A stretch of 64,000 bases of DNA, taken from an uncultured Chloroflexia bacterium. GTDB lineage: Bacteria > Chloroflexota > Limnocylindria > Limnocylindrales > CSP1-4. The notes below the pieces were generated by a model that was not told the origin of the DNA, did no database searches, and worked only from the letters and a program-made list of their open reading frames with translations. Location of the stretch: the NCBI GenBank assembly GCA_963715245.1, contig CAVQRM010000002.1, forward strand, positions 155,692 through 219,691, written 5' to 3'. Shown piece after piece: positions 28,956 to 37,926 of this stretch (position 1 is its first letter; every line of letters begins with the position of its first letter). The position numbers and the translations under genes are program-made.

Positions 28956-29684
28956 ATGCGGGTGAGCGGCGCCGTGCTCGTCTCGATCGGGGCGATCGCT
29001 GCCCTCGTCGCCCTGGGCGTCACCGACCAGGTGCTGCCCGCGGCGGATGAGCGGACGGCGGAGCTGCGGCCGTGGATCGCCGCCCGCGCCCTCGGGGTGA
29101 CGGCCTACCTGCTGCTGGCGCTCGAGGTGGCGCTCGGCCTCATGCTCAGCCACCCGCGCAACACCGCCGAGTGGCGCAAGACGAAGCAGACCTTCCCGTG
29201 GCACGAGATGGTCTCGGTGTTCACGTTCGCGTTCGTGACCCTCCACGTTGTCCTGCTCGCGATCGACCCCTACGCGAAGGTCGGGATCATCGGCGCCCTG
29301 GTGCCGGGCTTCTCCGAGTTCCGGCCCGTGGCCGTCGGGCTCGGCTCCATCGCGCTCTACGCGATGCTGTTCACCGCGATCACGGCCAAGTGGACGCGCC
29401 TCCTGCCCTCGGGCTGGTGGCTTCGGATCCACCGGGTGGCCGCCGCCGCGTTCCTCCTGACCTGGATCCACGCGGTGCTCGCCGGTACGGACGGCGCCGC
29501 GCTCCTGCCGCTCTACCTGGCGACCGGCCTGCCGATCCTCGCTGGCGTGGCGCATCGCTGGTGGACCGCTCGCGTCCGCCCCCAGCGTGCGATGACCGCG
29601 TCCGGGTCCGGACCCGTGGCGGACGCCCCATCACCGTCGTTCAGCCGGCCGGTGCCGGCGCCAGTCGTCGCGGAGGAATCGTGA
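28956..29684 (+). CDS. Ferric-reductase-like (MsrQ-like) transmembrane di-heme-type protein
   Basis: GGAGGTG RBS; about 6 TM helices with four intramembrane His (..WHEMVS.., ..TLHVVL.., ..RIHRVA.., ..WIHAVL..). Confidence 0.75.
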   Translation: MRVSGAVLVSIGAIAALVALGVTDQVLPAADERTAELRPWIAARALGVTAYLLLALEVALGLMLSHPRNTAEWRKTKQTFPWHEMVSVFTFAFVTLHVVLLAIDPYAKVGIIGALVPGFSEFRPVAVGLGSIALYAMLFTAITAKWTRLLPSGWWLRIHRVAAAAFLLTWIHAVLAGTDGAALLPLYLATGLPILAGVAHRWWTARVRPQRAMTASGSGPVADAPSPSFSRPVPAPVVAEES

Positions 29685-30199
29685 TGTCCGGGGAGTTTCG
29701 AAGCCGGCTTGCCAGGCGGGTGGCCGTGCTCGCGTTGACCGTTGGCGTCGTCGCGGCCGGCGCGGTCACGGTCGGGGTCGCCGCCGAGTGGCGAGCGGAG
29801 TCAGCGCCGCTCGACACGGCGCCGGTGGCGATGAGCCAGATCGACGAGGAGCTCACGGCCGAAGTCACCCGGGCGAACAACCTCTCGGCACAGGTGTCGA
29901 CCGTCGCGCTCGAGGTCGCGGTGCTGCGGAGCGCGGTCGACACGGCGAGCAGCAGCGTGACCGGTGACACCACGACCGCACTGGACCTCGAGGCGAAGCT
30001 CGCCAAGGCGAAGGCCAGGTACGACAAGCTCCAGGGCCAGCTCAAGGCCGCCCAGCGGCGGCTCGAGGCGCTCAATGCCGCTGCGGCCCGGCAGGCGGCA
30101 CTCAACCGGCAGGCACAGTCGACGTCCTCCTCGTCGCGCTCGTCCGGCCACGACGACGAGGACGAGGAAGACGAGGAAGACGAGGAAGACGATGACTGA
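29684..30199 (+). CDS. Membrane-anchored coiled-coil protein with poly-acidic C-terminus (unknown family)
   Basis: Start overlaps the upstream stop (GTGATG); TM VAVLALTVGVVAAGAVTVGVAA; ..LEAKLAKAKARYDKLQGQLKAAQRRLEAL..; tail HDDEDEEDEEDEEDDD. Confidence 0.55.
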   Translation: MSGEFRSRLARRVAVLALTVGVVAAGAVTVGVAAEWRAESAPLDTAPVAMSQIDEELTAEVTRANNLSAQVSTVALEVAVLRSAVDTASSSVTGDTTTALDLEAKLAKAKARYDKLQGQLKAAQRRLEALNAAAARQAALNRQAQSTSSSSRSSGHDDEDEEDEEDEEDDD

Positions 30200-30755
30200 G
30201 CGCGTCCTCCCCGCGATCTCGATCCCCGTCCCGTCGCAGCGGGGCGCGCGACGGGTTGCGAAGCCGACGCCGGCAACGCTCACCCGCCCCGTGGCGGGCA
30301 CCCACCGCAGGGAGACGCTCCTCACGATGCCGGCCCGCGCCGGCATGCTCATCGGTGCATCCGCGGCCGTGTACGCCGTGACCCTCGCGGGCATCGGGGC
30401 ACTCCAGGCCTCGAACGACGCGGCGATCGCGGCGAGCCGCCAGCCATACCTCGATGCCATCGCCGAGACCCGCGCGGTCAACGACGCGCTCGAGTCGGCG
30501 CTGCTCGCGGCTGACGCGGAGGCCCGGGCCCTCGCCGCGTCGTACGCGTCGGTCGGCGCGGACGTGGCCACGTACCAGGCGCGGCTCGACACGCTCGCGG
30601 CCCTCGTGGCCGAGGTCGAGGGGTCCGCGGCCGCCCTGCCATCCCGGATCTCGCTGCCGACGATATCGGCCCGGGGGGCGATCCCGTCCGGGTCGAGCGG
30701 CGGCGGCTCCAAGGCCCCGGCGACCAACACCCGGTCCGGCGCGTCGGGCGGCTGA
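30192..30755 (+). CDS. Membrane-anchored helical protein with Gly/Ser-rich C-terminus ending ..NTRSGASGG (unknown family; possibly the N-terminal part of ApbE if a base is missing near 30750)
   Basis: 8-nt overlap (ATGACTGA) with the upstream gene; TM GMLIGASAAVYAVTLAGIGAL; no family recognised. Confidence 0.5.
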   Translation: MTERVLPAISIPVPSQRGARRVAKPTPATLTRPVAGTHRRETLLTMPARAGMLIGASAAVYAVTLAGIGALQASNDAAIAASRQPYLDAIAETRAVNDALESALLAADAEARALAASYASVGADVATYQARLDTLAALVAEVEGSAAALPSRISLPTISARGAIPSGSSGGGSKAPATNTRSGASGG

Positions 30756-30871
30756 GCCGACGGACGCCGATCCTCGAGGGCGCCTCGGCCGGCCCGGAGC
30801 GCACCGAGTCCTTCGCCGGCCGGTCACTCGGGTCCGCCCTCCGGCTCCAGGTCCGGCTGCCCGCGCCAGCC

Positions 30872-31780
30872 GTGGACGGTGCCGGCGGCTCGGCCGCGGC
30901 CGCGTGGGACGAGGTCCAGGCAGAGTTCGCTGCCGTGGACGCGGCCCTCTCGCGGTTCCGGGACGACAGCGAGCTCACGGCGCTCAACAGAGCGGCCGGC
31001 ACGGGCCGGGCCGTCCGGGTCTCGTGGCGGCTGCGGGAGACGATCGCGCTCATGGACCGGGCCCGCCGCATGACCGGGGGCCGGTTCGACGCGACCCTCG
31101 CCGAGGCGCTCGAGCGGATCGGCGAGCGGGGGGCGCGCCTGGACCCGGTCGAGTCCATCCATGCCGGTCCGGCACCCGCTGCCGGGTCCGCGACGCAGGG
31201 ACGGGACCTCGAGCGACCGCGACCCGTCGCGGCACCGGGCCGGCCGCTCGACTCCGGAGGGATCGGCAAGGGTCTCGCGCTCCGCTGGGCGGCGCGGCGT
31301 GCGATGGCGGTGCTGCCCGAGCGTGCCGGGGTACTGCTCGAGGCCGGCGGTGACGTCGTCGCGGCCGGATCACCACCGCCCGGCGGCTGGCTCGTCGGGA
31401 TCGAGGATCCGCTCGCCGGGGCGGACCCGGATGCCGAGCCCGTCGCGGTGGTCGCGCTCAGCGCGGGTGCCGTGGCCACCTCGTCGGTCCGCGTCCGACA
31501 CTGGACGGCGCCCGACGGCTCGCTCGTCCATCACCTGCTCGACCCGAGGACCGGGGAACCGGTGCGCACCGGGCTGATCGCGGTGAGCGTGGCGATGGCC
31601 GACCCGGCGTGGGCCGAGGTCTGGACGAAGGCCCTGTTCCTCGCGGGGCGATCGGGCATCGGCGACGAGGCGCGCGCCCGGGGCCTCGCGGCGTGGTGGG
31701 TGACCAACGAGGGCCGCGTGGGCCTGACGCCGGCTGCCCGCGAGCGCTCCACCTGGGTCGCGGAGGCGCGCGTCGGCTGA
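30872..31780 (+). CDS. apbE: FAD:protein FMN transferase (ApbE family); true start probably upstream of the first in-frame start codon
   Basis: ..FRDDSELTALN..GRFDAT..LDSGGIGKGLA..AVATSS..HHLLDPRTGEP..; the same frame is open upstream (..FAGRSLGSALRLQV..) but has no ATG/GTG/TTG. Confidence 0.8.
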   Translation: MDGAGGSAAAAWDEVQAEFAAVDAALSRFRDDSELTALNRAAGTGRAVRVSWRLRETIALMDRARRMTGGRFDATLAEALERIGERGARLDPVESIHAGPAPAAGSATQGRDLERPRPVAAPGRPLDSGGIGKGLALRWAARRAMAVLPERAGVLLEAGGDVVAAGSPPPGGWLVGIEDPLAGADPDAEPVAVVALSAGAVATSSVRVRHWTAPDGSLVHHLLDPRTGEPVRTGLIAVSVAMADPAWAEVWTKALFLAGRSGIGDEARARGLAAWWVTNEGRVGLTPAARERSTWVAEARVG

Positions 31781-31830
31781 GGCCCGTCGGGTCCGGAGCC
31801 CGGCCCCGGACGCCTGCACGGGAGCGACGA

Positions 31831-32883
31831 TCAGGCGCCCGGTGCGCCCTCCGCGGGGGCATCGTCAGGGGCGTCGTCCGTCCCGTGTCCGTTCGCCGCG
31901 GCCACCGCGCCCGGCAGCGGCTCGCCAAGCGCCAGGGCCAGCTCCTCGACCGTCGGCAGTCCCTCGCGGGCGCCTGCGCGGGTGACCGAGAGCGAGGCCG
32001 CAACGACGGCCCGCCGCGCGGCGACGTCGAGACCCAGTCCGCTTGCAAGCGCGGCGGCCAGCGCGCCGTTGAGCGCATCGCCGGCGCCCGTCGCATCGAC
32101 GGCCTTCACCCGTGGCGCCTTGATGTCCATGGGCTTCCCGTCCCTCGGCACCAGCACTGCGCCCGCGGAGCCCAACGACACGAAGAACGCCTTGCCGGCG
32201 CCCGGGCCCTCGCTCGTGGTCTCGAGCAGGGTCCGCGCCGCGCGGATCGGGTCCTCGGCACCCGGCGTCGGGCGCCCGGAGCGGCGCGAATCGTCGGCGG
32301 CGAGCCGGGCGAGCTCGCCGCGGTTGGGGGTGACGACATCGGCGAGCGCGAGCATCGTCCGGTCGATCCCATCGGCGGGTGCCGGGTTGAGCACGGTCCA
32401 CGCCCCACCGTCGCGGCCGATGCGCAGGGCCTCGCGCGCGGCGGCGGTCGGGATCTCGTGGGTGACGATCACGACGTCGCCCTGGTGCGGGTTGAGGCGG
32501 CCGAGCCCCTGGCGCACGTGCGTCGCGGTGAGCCCGGCGTTCGCCCCGGGCGCGACCGCGATCTGGTTCTCGGCCTTCGAGTCCACGAGGATCAGCGCGA
32601 CGCCCGTCGCGGTGTGCTCGAGCGTCACGAGCACGTCCGTGCCGACGCCTTCGCGGGCGAGCGCCGCGCGCGCATCGCCGGCGAACTCGTCGTCACCGAG
32701 CGCCGCCACGAGCATCACGGGCACCCCGAGGCGCGCTGCCGCGACGGCCTGGTTGCCGCCCTTGCCGCCGTGGAACCGCTTGAACGTGCCGCCGAGGACC
32801 GTCTCGCCGGGGAGCGGCAGACGGTCCGTCTGGACCACCAGGTCCACGTTGACCGACCCGACGACCAGGACCCGTCCGCTCAT
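31831..32883 (-). CDS. rbsK: Ribokinase
   Basis: ..VVGSVNVDL..GGKGGNQAVAAARLG.. and ..VDATGAGDALNGALAAAL.. Confidence 0.85.
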   Translation of the reverse strand: MSGRVLVVGSVNVDLVVQTDRLPLPGETVLGGTFKRFHGGKGGNQAVAAARLGVPVMLVAALGDDEFAGDARAALAREGVGTDVLVTLEHTATGVALILVDSKAENQIAVAPGANAGLTATHVRQGLGRLNPHQGDVVIVTHEIPTAAAREALRIGRDGGAWTVLNPAPADGIDRTMLALADVVTPNRGELARLAADDSRRSGRPTPGAEDPIRAARTLLETTSEGPGAGKAFFVSLGSAGAVLVPRDGKPMDIKAPRVKAVDATGAGDALNGALAAALASGLGLDVAARRAVVAASLSVTRAGAREGLPTVEELALALGEPLPGAVAAANGHGTDDAPDDAPAEGAPGA

Positions 32884-32943
32884 CGGATCGCCTCCCCTGC
32901 CTGTTCCGCTGCCAGCCGGCCCCGAGATCGTCCAGGGGTCACG

Positions 32944-33765
32944 TCAGGAGCCGGTGATGAACTCGCCGCCATCGACGCCGATGACCTCGCCATTGATGAA
33001 GTCCGTTCCCTCGCCCGAGAGCGCGAGGATCGCATTCGCCACGTCCTGCGGGGTCGTCATGCGGCCCGTCGGGTTTCGCCGCGTGGCGGCCTCGATGATC
33101 AGGTCCTTCTCGGGGATCTTCATGAGCGCCGGCGTCAGCGTGACGCCCGCCCGGATCGTGTTTGCCGTGACCCCCGTCCCGAGCCGCGCGAGCTCGAGCG
33201 CGAGCTGCCTCGTGTGCGACTCGAGGGCGGCCTTCGCCGAGGACACCACGCCGTAGCTCGGGACGACCCGCGACGAGCCCTCGGAGGTCATCGCGTAGAT
33301 CTTCGAGCCCGTCGCCAGGAACCCGCCGCGCCACAGGTCCTGCACCCAGTAGACGAGGCTGTTGGCCATGACGTCCTGGGTCATCTCCATCTTCTTGCGG
33401 TCCACGCCGGCCTTCGGGTCCTCGGCGAGGAACGGGACGAGCGAGCCGAACGCGAGCGAGTGCATCACGACCCGGACGTACGGCCGCCTGCCCGCGGCCG
33501 TCGAGCGATCGAAGCGCTCGCGGAGCGCCGCGAGCGCCGTCGCGCGCTTCTCGTCGTCGGCCGCGTTCATGTTGAAGTAGACGGCCTCCGACCCGAGAGC
33601 CTCGATCTTCGCCTTGATCTCGTCGACGTGGCTGATGGCGGCGCGGAAGTCGAGGTGGACGCCGGCGATGCGATACCCGTTCGCGGCGAGCGTGAGCGCG
33701 GTAGCCTCGCCCATGCCGGAGGAGGCGCCCAGGATCAGGGCCCAGCGCTCGCGGTCGTCGGTCAT
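32944..33765 (-). CDS. SDR-family oxidoreductase (enoyl-ACP reductase FabL/FabI-like)
   Basis: ..LILGASSGMGEA.. nucleotide-binding motif; ..YGVVSSAKAAL.. (YxxxK); ..IRAGVTLTPAL.. Confidence 0.75.
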   Translation of the reverse strand: MTDDRERWALILGASSGMGEATALTLAANGYRIAGVHLDFRAAISHVDEIKAKIEALGSEAVYFNMNAADDEKRATALAALRERFDRSTAAGRRPYVRVVMHSLAFGSLVPFLAEDPKAGVDRKKMEMTQDVMANSLVYWVQDLWRGGFLATGSKIYAMTSEGSSRVVPSYGVVSSAKAALESHTRQLALELARLGTGVTANTIRAGVTLTPALMKIPEKDLIIEAATRRNPTGRMTTPQDVANAILALSGEGTDFINGEVIGVDGGEFITGS

Positions 33766-34015
33766 GGTGGTCCTCCAGGACGTCTCAGGGACCCCGGCGG
33801 GCAGGGGCGACGACCGGGCATCCGGAGTCTACCAGCGCGGCCGTCCGTACCCGCGGCCGGCCGCGGTCCGACCTTCGTGTTCACGCCTCCCGGCCCCGGA
33901 ACTGGGGCCACCTTGCATTCCCGAGCCTGCCGGAGGCGCGCAAGGCTGCCCGGGCGCCCGTCGCGATGCACTATCGTCGCCCTGCACGCCGACGCAATCC
34001 GCCGAGGACCACTGG

Positions 34016-35374
34016 ATGAACCTGCCCTCGTTTGACCCGACGATCCTGCTGCTCGTCGTGCCGCTGATCGTCGTGCAGCTCGGATTGCTGATCGCGGCGG
34101 TCGTGGACCTGCTCCGGGAGGACCGCGCCGTGCGTGGCGGCAGCAAGGGCCTGTGGGCGGTGGTGATCGTCTTCGTCAACCTCATCGGCCCGGTCCTGTA
34201 CTTCCTCGTCGGGCGCGTCGACGGGCCGCCCGAGCCAACCGCACCCGCCCCCGGCGCCATGCCCGGGTGGGGCAGCCCGCACGATCCCCCGATCGCGCCA
34301 CCGGCTGAGCCCGTGGGCGCGCCGGAGGCGGGACCGCGGGCAGGCGCGGATGTCCCACCGGCAGTCGTCGTCGCCCCGGTGGCGGCCCGGCCGCTCCCGG
34401 CAGACACACCGCCCGCGATCGTGACGGACGGGCTCACTCGCCGCTATGCGGGTGGCGTGCTCGCCCTCGACTCGCTCGCGCTTGCGGTTCCTACCGGCTC
34501 CGTCTTCGGCCTGCTCGGGCCGAACGGAGCGGGCAAGACGACGACCCTGCGCCTGCTGGCCGGCCTGACCCGACCGACGGCGGGAAGCGCCACGGTTGCC
34601 GGGATCCCCGTCGCCGCCGATCCGCTTGGGGTCCGGCGCCAGCTCGGGTACCTGGAGCAGGACCCGCGTGCGTATGGCTGGATGACAGGCCGGGAGCAGC
34701 TGGCGATGCTCGGACGGCTGCACGGGCTGGACGGATCCACCCTCGCCAGTGCGATCGACGTGGCACTCGCCCGCGTCGATCTCGCCGGGGCGGCCGATCG
34801 CCGCGCCGGCACGTACTCGGGCGGCATGCGCCAGCGGCTCGGGATCGCCGGGGCGCTCGTCCACCGGCCGTCCGTCGTCATCCTGGACGAGCCGGCGAGC
34901 GCCCTCGACCCCGAGGGTCGCCGGGACGTCCTGGAGCTGATCGCCTCGCTCCGCGGTGAGGCCACCGTCCTGTTCTCGACCCACGTCCTGGCCGACGTCG
35001 AGCGCATCTGCGACCGGGTCGCGATCCTCGACCATGGGCGGCTCATCGTCGAGGGCGATCTCGCCGAGCTGCTCGATCGCTATGCCCTGCCGGTGTGGCG
35101 GATCGAGGCGGAACCGGGCCAGGGCACTGCGATGGAGGCCCTCCTGACGGATCTCCAGGCCATGCCCTGGGTGACCGCCGCAGGGTTGGAGCACGGCCTG
35201 CTGACGGTCGCCGTCGACAATCCGGTCGAGGCGGGGCGCGCGATCCTCGAGGCCGTGGCCTCGACCGGGATCACCGTCGTGTCCGTTGCCCGCGCCAGGC
35301 CGACCCTCGAGGACGTGTTCCTGCGGCTCACCGGTGAAGGCGGCAGGCCCGACAGCACGGGAGCGGCGGCATGA
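34016..35374 (+). CDS. ABC transporter ATP-binding protein fused to an N-terminal two-TM PLDc_N-like membrane domain
   Basis: ..LLLVVPLIVVQLGLLIAAVVDLL..KGLWAVVIVFVNLIGPVLYFLVGR.., Pro-rich linker, Walker A GPNGAGKTT, YSGGMRQR, VVILDEP. Confidence 0.85.
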   Translation: MNLPSFDPTILLLVVPLIVVQLGLLIAAVVDLLREDRAVRGGSKGLWAVVIVFVNLIGPVLYFLVGRVDGPPEPTAPAPGAMPGWGSPHDPPIAPPAEPVGAPEAGPRAGADVPPAVVVAPVAARPLPADTPPAIVTDGLTRRYAGGVLALDSLALAVPTGSVFGLLGPNGAGKTTTLRLLAGLTRPTAGSATVAGIPVAADPLGVRRQLGYLEQDPRAYGWMTGREQLAMLGRLHGLDGSTLASAIDVALARVDLAGAADRRAGTYSGGMRQRLGIAGALVHRPSVVILDEPASALDPEGRRDVLELIASLRGEATVLFSTHVLADVERICDRVAILDHGRLIVEGDLAELLDRYALPVWRIEAEPGQGTAMEALLTDLQAMPWVTAAGLEHGLLTVAVDNPVEAGRAILEAVASTGITVVSVARARPTLEDVFLRLTGEGGRPDSTGAAA

Positions 35375-36144
35375 GCGGCTTCGGTGTCCTGCTCCGCAAG
35401 GAGCTCCTGGAGGCGTGGCGCACCCGGCGGCTGCCGGTCGTCGCCGTGCTGTTCCTCGTCGTCGGGATCATCTCGCCGCTCACCGCGCGGTACATGGCGG
35501 AGATCCTCGACCTCGCGCTCGGCGACCAGATGACCATCCCGCTGCCGGTCGCAACGGCCGCATCCGCGCTCGAGCAGCTCCAGAAGAACATGGGGCAGTT
35601 CGGTGCGCTCGCGGCGATCGGGCTCGCGATGGGCAGCGTGGCTGGCGAGCTCGACCGCGGCACGGCCGCGCTCGTCCTCGCCCAGCCGGCGACCCGTTCG
35701 GCGTTCCTCGCGGCGAAGCTCGTCGCGATCGCGATCGTCCTCGCGATCGGCGTGCTCGTTGCGACGGTCGTCGCCTGGATCTACACGGCGATCCTGTTCG
35801 AGCCGCTGCCCGTCGCCGGCTGGGCGGCGATGGCCGTGCTGTCGTGGCTGGCGCTGCTCGCGTGGGCCGCGATCACGTTCCTCGCCTCGGCCGCGACCGG
35901 GTCGACGACGGCCGCCGCCGGGATCGGCTTCGCGAGCCTCATCGTCGTGAGCCTGCTGGCGATCGCCCCGGCGCTCGACCGCGTCCTGCCCACGGGCCTG
36001 ACGCTCCCGGCGATCCTCCTCGCCGCGGACATGGGTGCGACGGTCGATGCTGCGAAGGTGCTGACCGCCGTCGCCGGTACGATCGTGATCATTGCTGCCT
36101 GCCTCGCGGGCGCCGCGTTCCGCTTCCGTGCACGCGAGCTGTAG
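35371..36144 (+). CDS. ABC-2 type exporter permease
   Basis: ATGA overlap with the ATPase gene; 257 aa; about 6 TM helices. Confidence 0.75.
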   Translation: MSGFGVLLRKELLEAWRTRRLPVVAVLFLVVGIISPLTARYMAEILDLALGDQMTIPLPVATAASALEQLQKNMGQFGALAAIGLAMGSVAGELDRGTAALVLAQPATRSAFLAAKLVAIAIVLAIGVLVATVVAWIYTAILFEPLPVAGWAAMAVLSWLALLAWAAITFLASAATGSTTAAAGIGFASLIVVSLLAIAPALDRVLPTGLTLPAILLAADMGATVDAAKVLTAVAGTIVIIAACLAGAAFRFRAREL

Positions 36145-36180
36145 GGGCGTCCCGCCGCCCACGTGACCCGGGAATTGAAA

Positions 36181-36200
36181 CGGCGCCCAAGTGGGCGCCG
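36181..36200. terminator. Bidirectional hairpin between convergent ABC permease and rpmE (cggcgccc-aagt-gggcgccg)
   Basis: 8-bp perfect stem, 4-nt loop. Confidence 0.5.
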
Positions 36201-36242
36201 GATCAATCGTGACGGGTTCGCCGGGACGTGCCCGGCGGGCGG

Positions 36243-36455
36243 TCAGGCCCGGGCCTGGCGCTCGAGCCGGCGCTGGAAGCGCTCGACCTGGCCGGCGGTG
36301 TCGATGATGTTCTGCTTGCCCGTGTAGAACGGGTGGCAGTTGCTGCAGACGTCCACGCGCAGCTCGTCGCGCGTGCTGCCGACCTCGAAGTCCGTGCCGC
36401 AGGATCCGCAGTGGACCTTGGCCTGCACGTAGCGGGGATGGATATCGGGCTTCAC
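36243..36455 (-). CDS. rpmE: 50S ribosomal protein L31 (Zn-ribbon type)
   Basis: MKPDIHPRY..CGSCG..CSNCHPFYTGKQ; GAAGGAG RBS; GTG start. Confidence 0.95.
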   Translation of the reverse strand: MKPDIHPRYVQAKVHCGSCGTDFEVGSTRDELRVDVCSNCHPFYTGKQNIIDTAGQVERFQRRLERQARA

Positions 36456-36518
36456 AGGTGCTCCTTCGACGCCGTCCGCACGGGTCCAAGCCCGCCGGTG
36501 GTCGCCGCTATGGCGTGG

Positions 36519-36800
36519 CTACGCCTCGGCCGGTGCCGTCTCAGCGGCGACCGGGATGATCCGGACGCGCTTCTTGTCGCGGGTCTCGTGCTCGAATCGC
36601 ACCTTCCCGTCGACCTTGGCGAAGATCGTGTAGTCGTGGCCGAGGCCCGCGTTCTCGCCTGCCTTGAAGGTCATGCCCCGCTGGCGGACGATGATCGACC
36701 CGGCGGTGACGAACTGGCCGTCGCCACGCTTCACGCCAAGTCGCTGGCCGACGCTGTCGCGGCCGTTCTTCGAGCTTGAGCCCGCCTTCTTGTGCGCCAT
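36519..36800 (-). CDS. rpmA: 50S ribosomal protein L27
   Basis: [27 protein letters not shown].. Confidence 0.95.
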   Translation of the reverse strand: MAHKKAGSSSKNGRDSVGQRLGVKRGDGQFVTAGSIIVRQRGMTFKAGENAGLGHDYTIFAKVDGKVRFEHETRDKKRVRIIPVAAETAPAEA

Positions 36801-36803
36801 CGC

Positions 36804-37820
36804 TTACGAGTCCTTCTTGGTGCGCGTGCGCTTGGGCGCCGCTTTGGGGGTGCTCTCGGCGGCTGCCTCGGGCTCGCTGTGGCCCTCGGCCTCGGCGGCG
36901 TTGCGCCGCACGACGTCGAGCGCCTTGACGACACCGGACTTGCTGGCGAAGCCCTGCTCGGACACGGCGACGAGCTCGCCGTTCGACGCCCGGAGGCGCC
37001 AGCGCCACTTGCCGGCGTTGTCCTCGTAGATCTCGAAGCCCTTGCCGCCCTTGACCTCGGAGCCGTCCTCGGCCGTCTCGGCCTCGGCGTGATCCTCGGC
37101 CTCGGCGACGTTGCGCCGCACGACGTCGAGCGTCTTGACGACACCGGCCTTCGAAGCGAAGCCCTCCTCGGACACCGCGACGAGCTCGCCGTTCGATGCC
37201 CGGAGGCGCCAGCGCCACTGGCCCGCCTTGTCCTCGAAGATCTCGAAGCCCTGGATGGAGCCGGACTCGACCGGCGCCTCGGGAACGGCGGCCTCCTCGG
37301 CCGTCTCGGCGGAAGCGGCCGCGGCTGCCTTCGCCTTGCGGGCGGGCTTCTCGGCCGGCGCCTCGGCCGGCGCCTCGGCCGCGACGTTGAGCTTCGCGGC
37401 GAGGGCAGCATCCGCGGCGGCCTGCCGTGCGGCGGCCTCCTCGAGACGCTCGCGCTCGGTCTTGCGGGAGTCCTTCGCCTTCGCGTCCGACTGCGCCGCG
37501 CTCTTGCCGCCGAAGCGGATGTCCGCGATGCGCAGAACCGTGTAGTCCTGGCGATGGCCCTTCTTCACCCGACGGCGGGCCTTGGGGCGGTACTTGAAGG
37601 CGATGACCTTGTCGCCCCGCGTGGCGCCGACCACCTCGGCGTCAACGGCGGCACCGTCGACCAGGGGGGTGCCAATGGCGGCGTCGGCCCCGTCGGCGAC
37701 GAGGAGCACGCGCTCCAGCGTGATCGACTGGCCGGGCTCAACGTCGAGCAGCTCGACCTCGAGCTCGGTGCCGACCTCGACGCGGTACTGCTTCCCGCCG
37801 GTCTCGATGACTGCGTACAT
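36804..37820 (-). CDS. rplU: 50S ribosomal protein L21 with a ~235-aa C-terminal extension (Lys/Ala/Glu linker plus two DUF1508/YegP-like repeats)
   Basis: MYAVIETGGKQYRV..GHRQDYTVLRIADIRF (L21), then 2 x GFEI[FY]ED.AG.WRWRLRASNGELVAVSE.GFASK.GVVK.LDVVRRN. Confidence 0.9.
   Translation of the reverse strand: MYAVIETGGKQYRVEVGTELEVELLDVEPGQSITLERVLLVADGADAAIGTPLVDGAAVDAEVVGATRGDKVIAFKYRPKARRRVKKGHRQDYTVLRIADIRFGGKSAAQSDAKAKDSRKTERERLEEAAARQAAADAALAAKLNVAAEAPAEAPAEKPARKAKAAAAASAETAEEAAVPEAPVESGSIQGFEIFEDKAGQWRWRLRASNGELVAVSEEGFASKAGVVKTLDVVRRNVAEAEDHAEAETAEDGSEVKGGKGFEIYEDNAGKWRWRLRASNGELVAVSEQGFASKSGVVKALDVVRRNAAEAEGHSEPEAAAESTPKAAPKRTRTKKDS
36888..37250 (-). repeat. Two 153-nt intragenic repeats (37098-37250 and 36888-37040; 210-nt period) encoding the YegP-like modules
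   Basis: 45 of 52 amino acids identical between copies. Confidence 0.85.
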
Positions 37821-37926
37821 GGGTCCTCGGAACAGAGTGATGGCGGCCGCGGAGCGACCGCAACGCGGACATGGAAAGACGCCTGCACACTCGCGGGCGC
37901 GAACGGAGAGTGTAGGGCGGATCGCC

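Noticed and set aside
30150-30191. A GAC/GAG/GAA-rich microsatellite-like stretch.
   Set aside because: It simply encodes the poly-acidic C-terminal tail (DDEDEEDEEDEEDDD) of the coiled-coil protein. It is an imperfect repeat with no independent feature.
37821-37926. A possible ribosomal-protein leader structure upstream of rplU (imperfect hairpin cacactc...gagtgtg).
   Set aside because: Only a weak, imperfect stem is present, and I can verify no match to a leader I know. The evidence is insufficient without covariance-model scanning.
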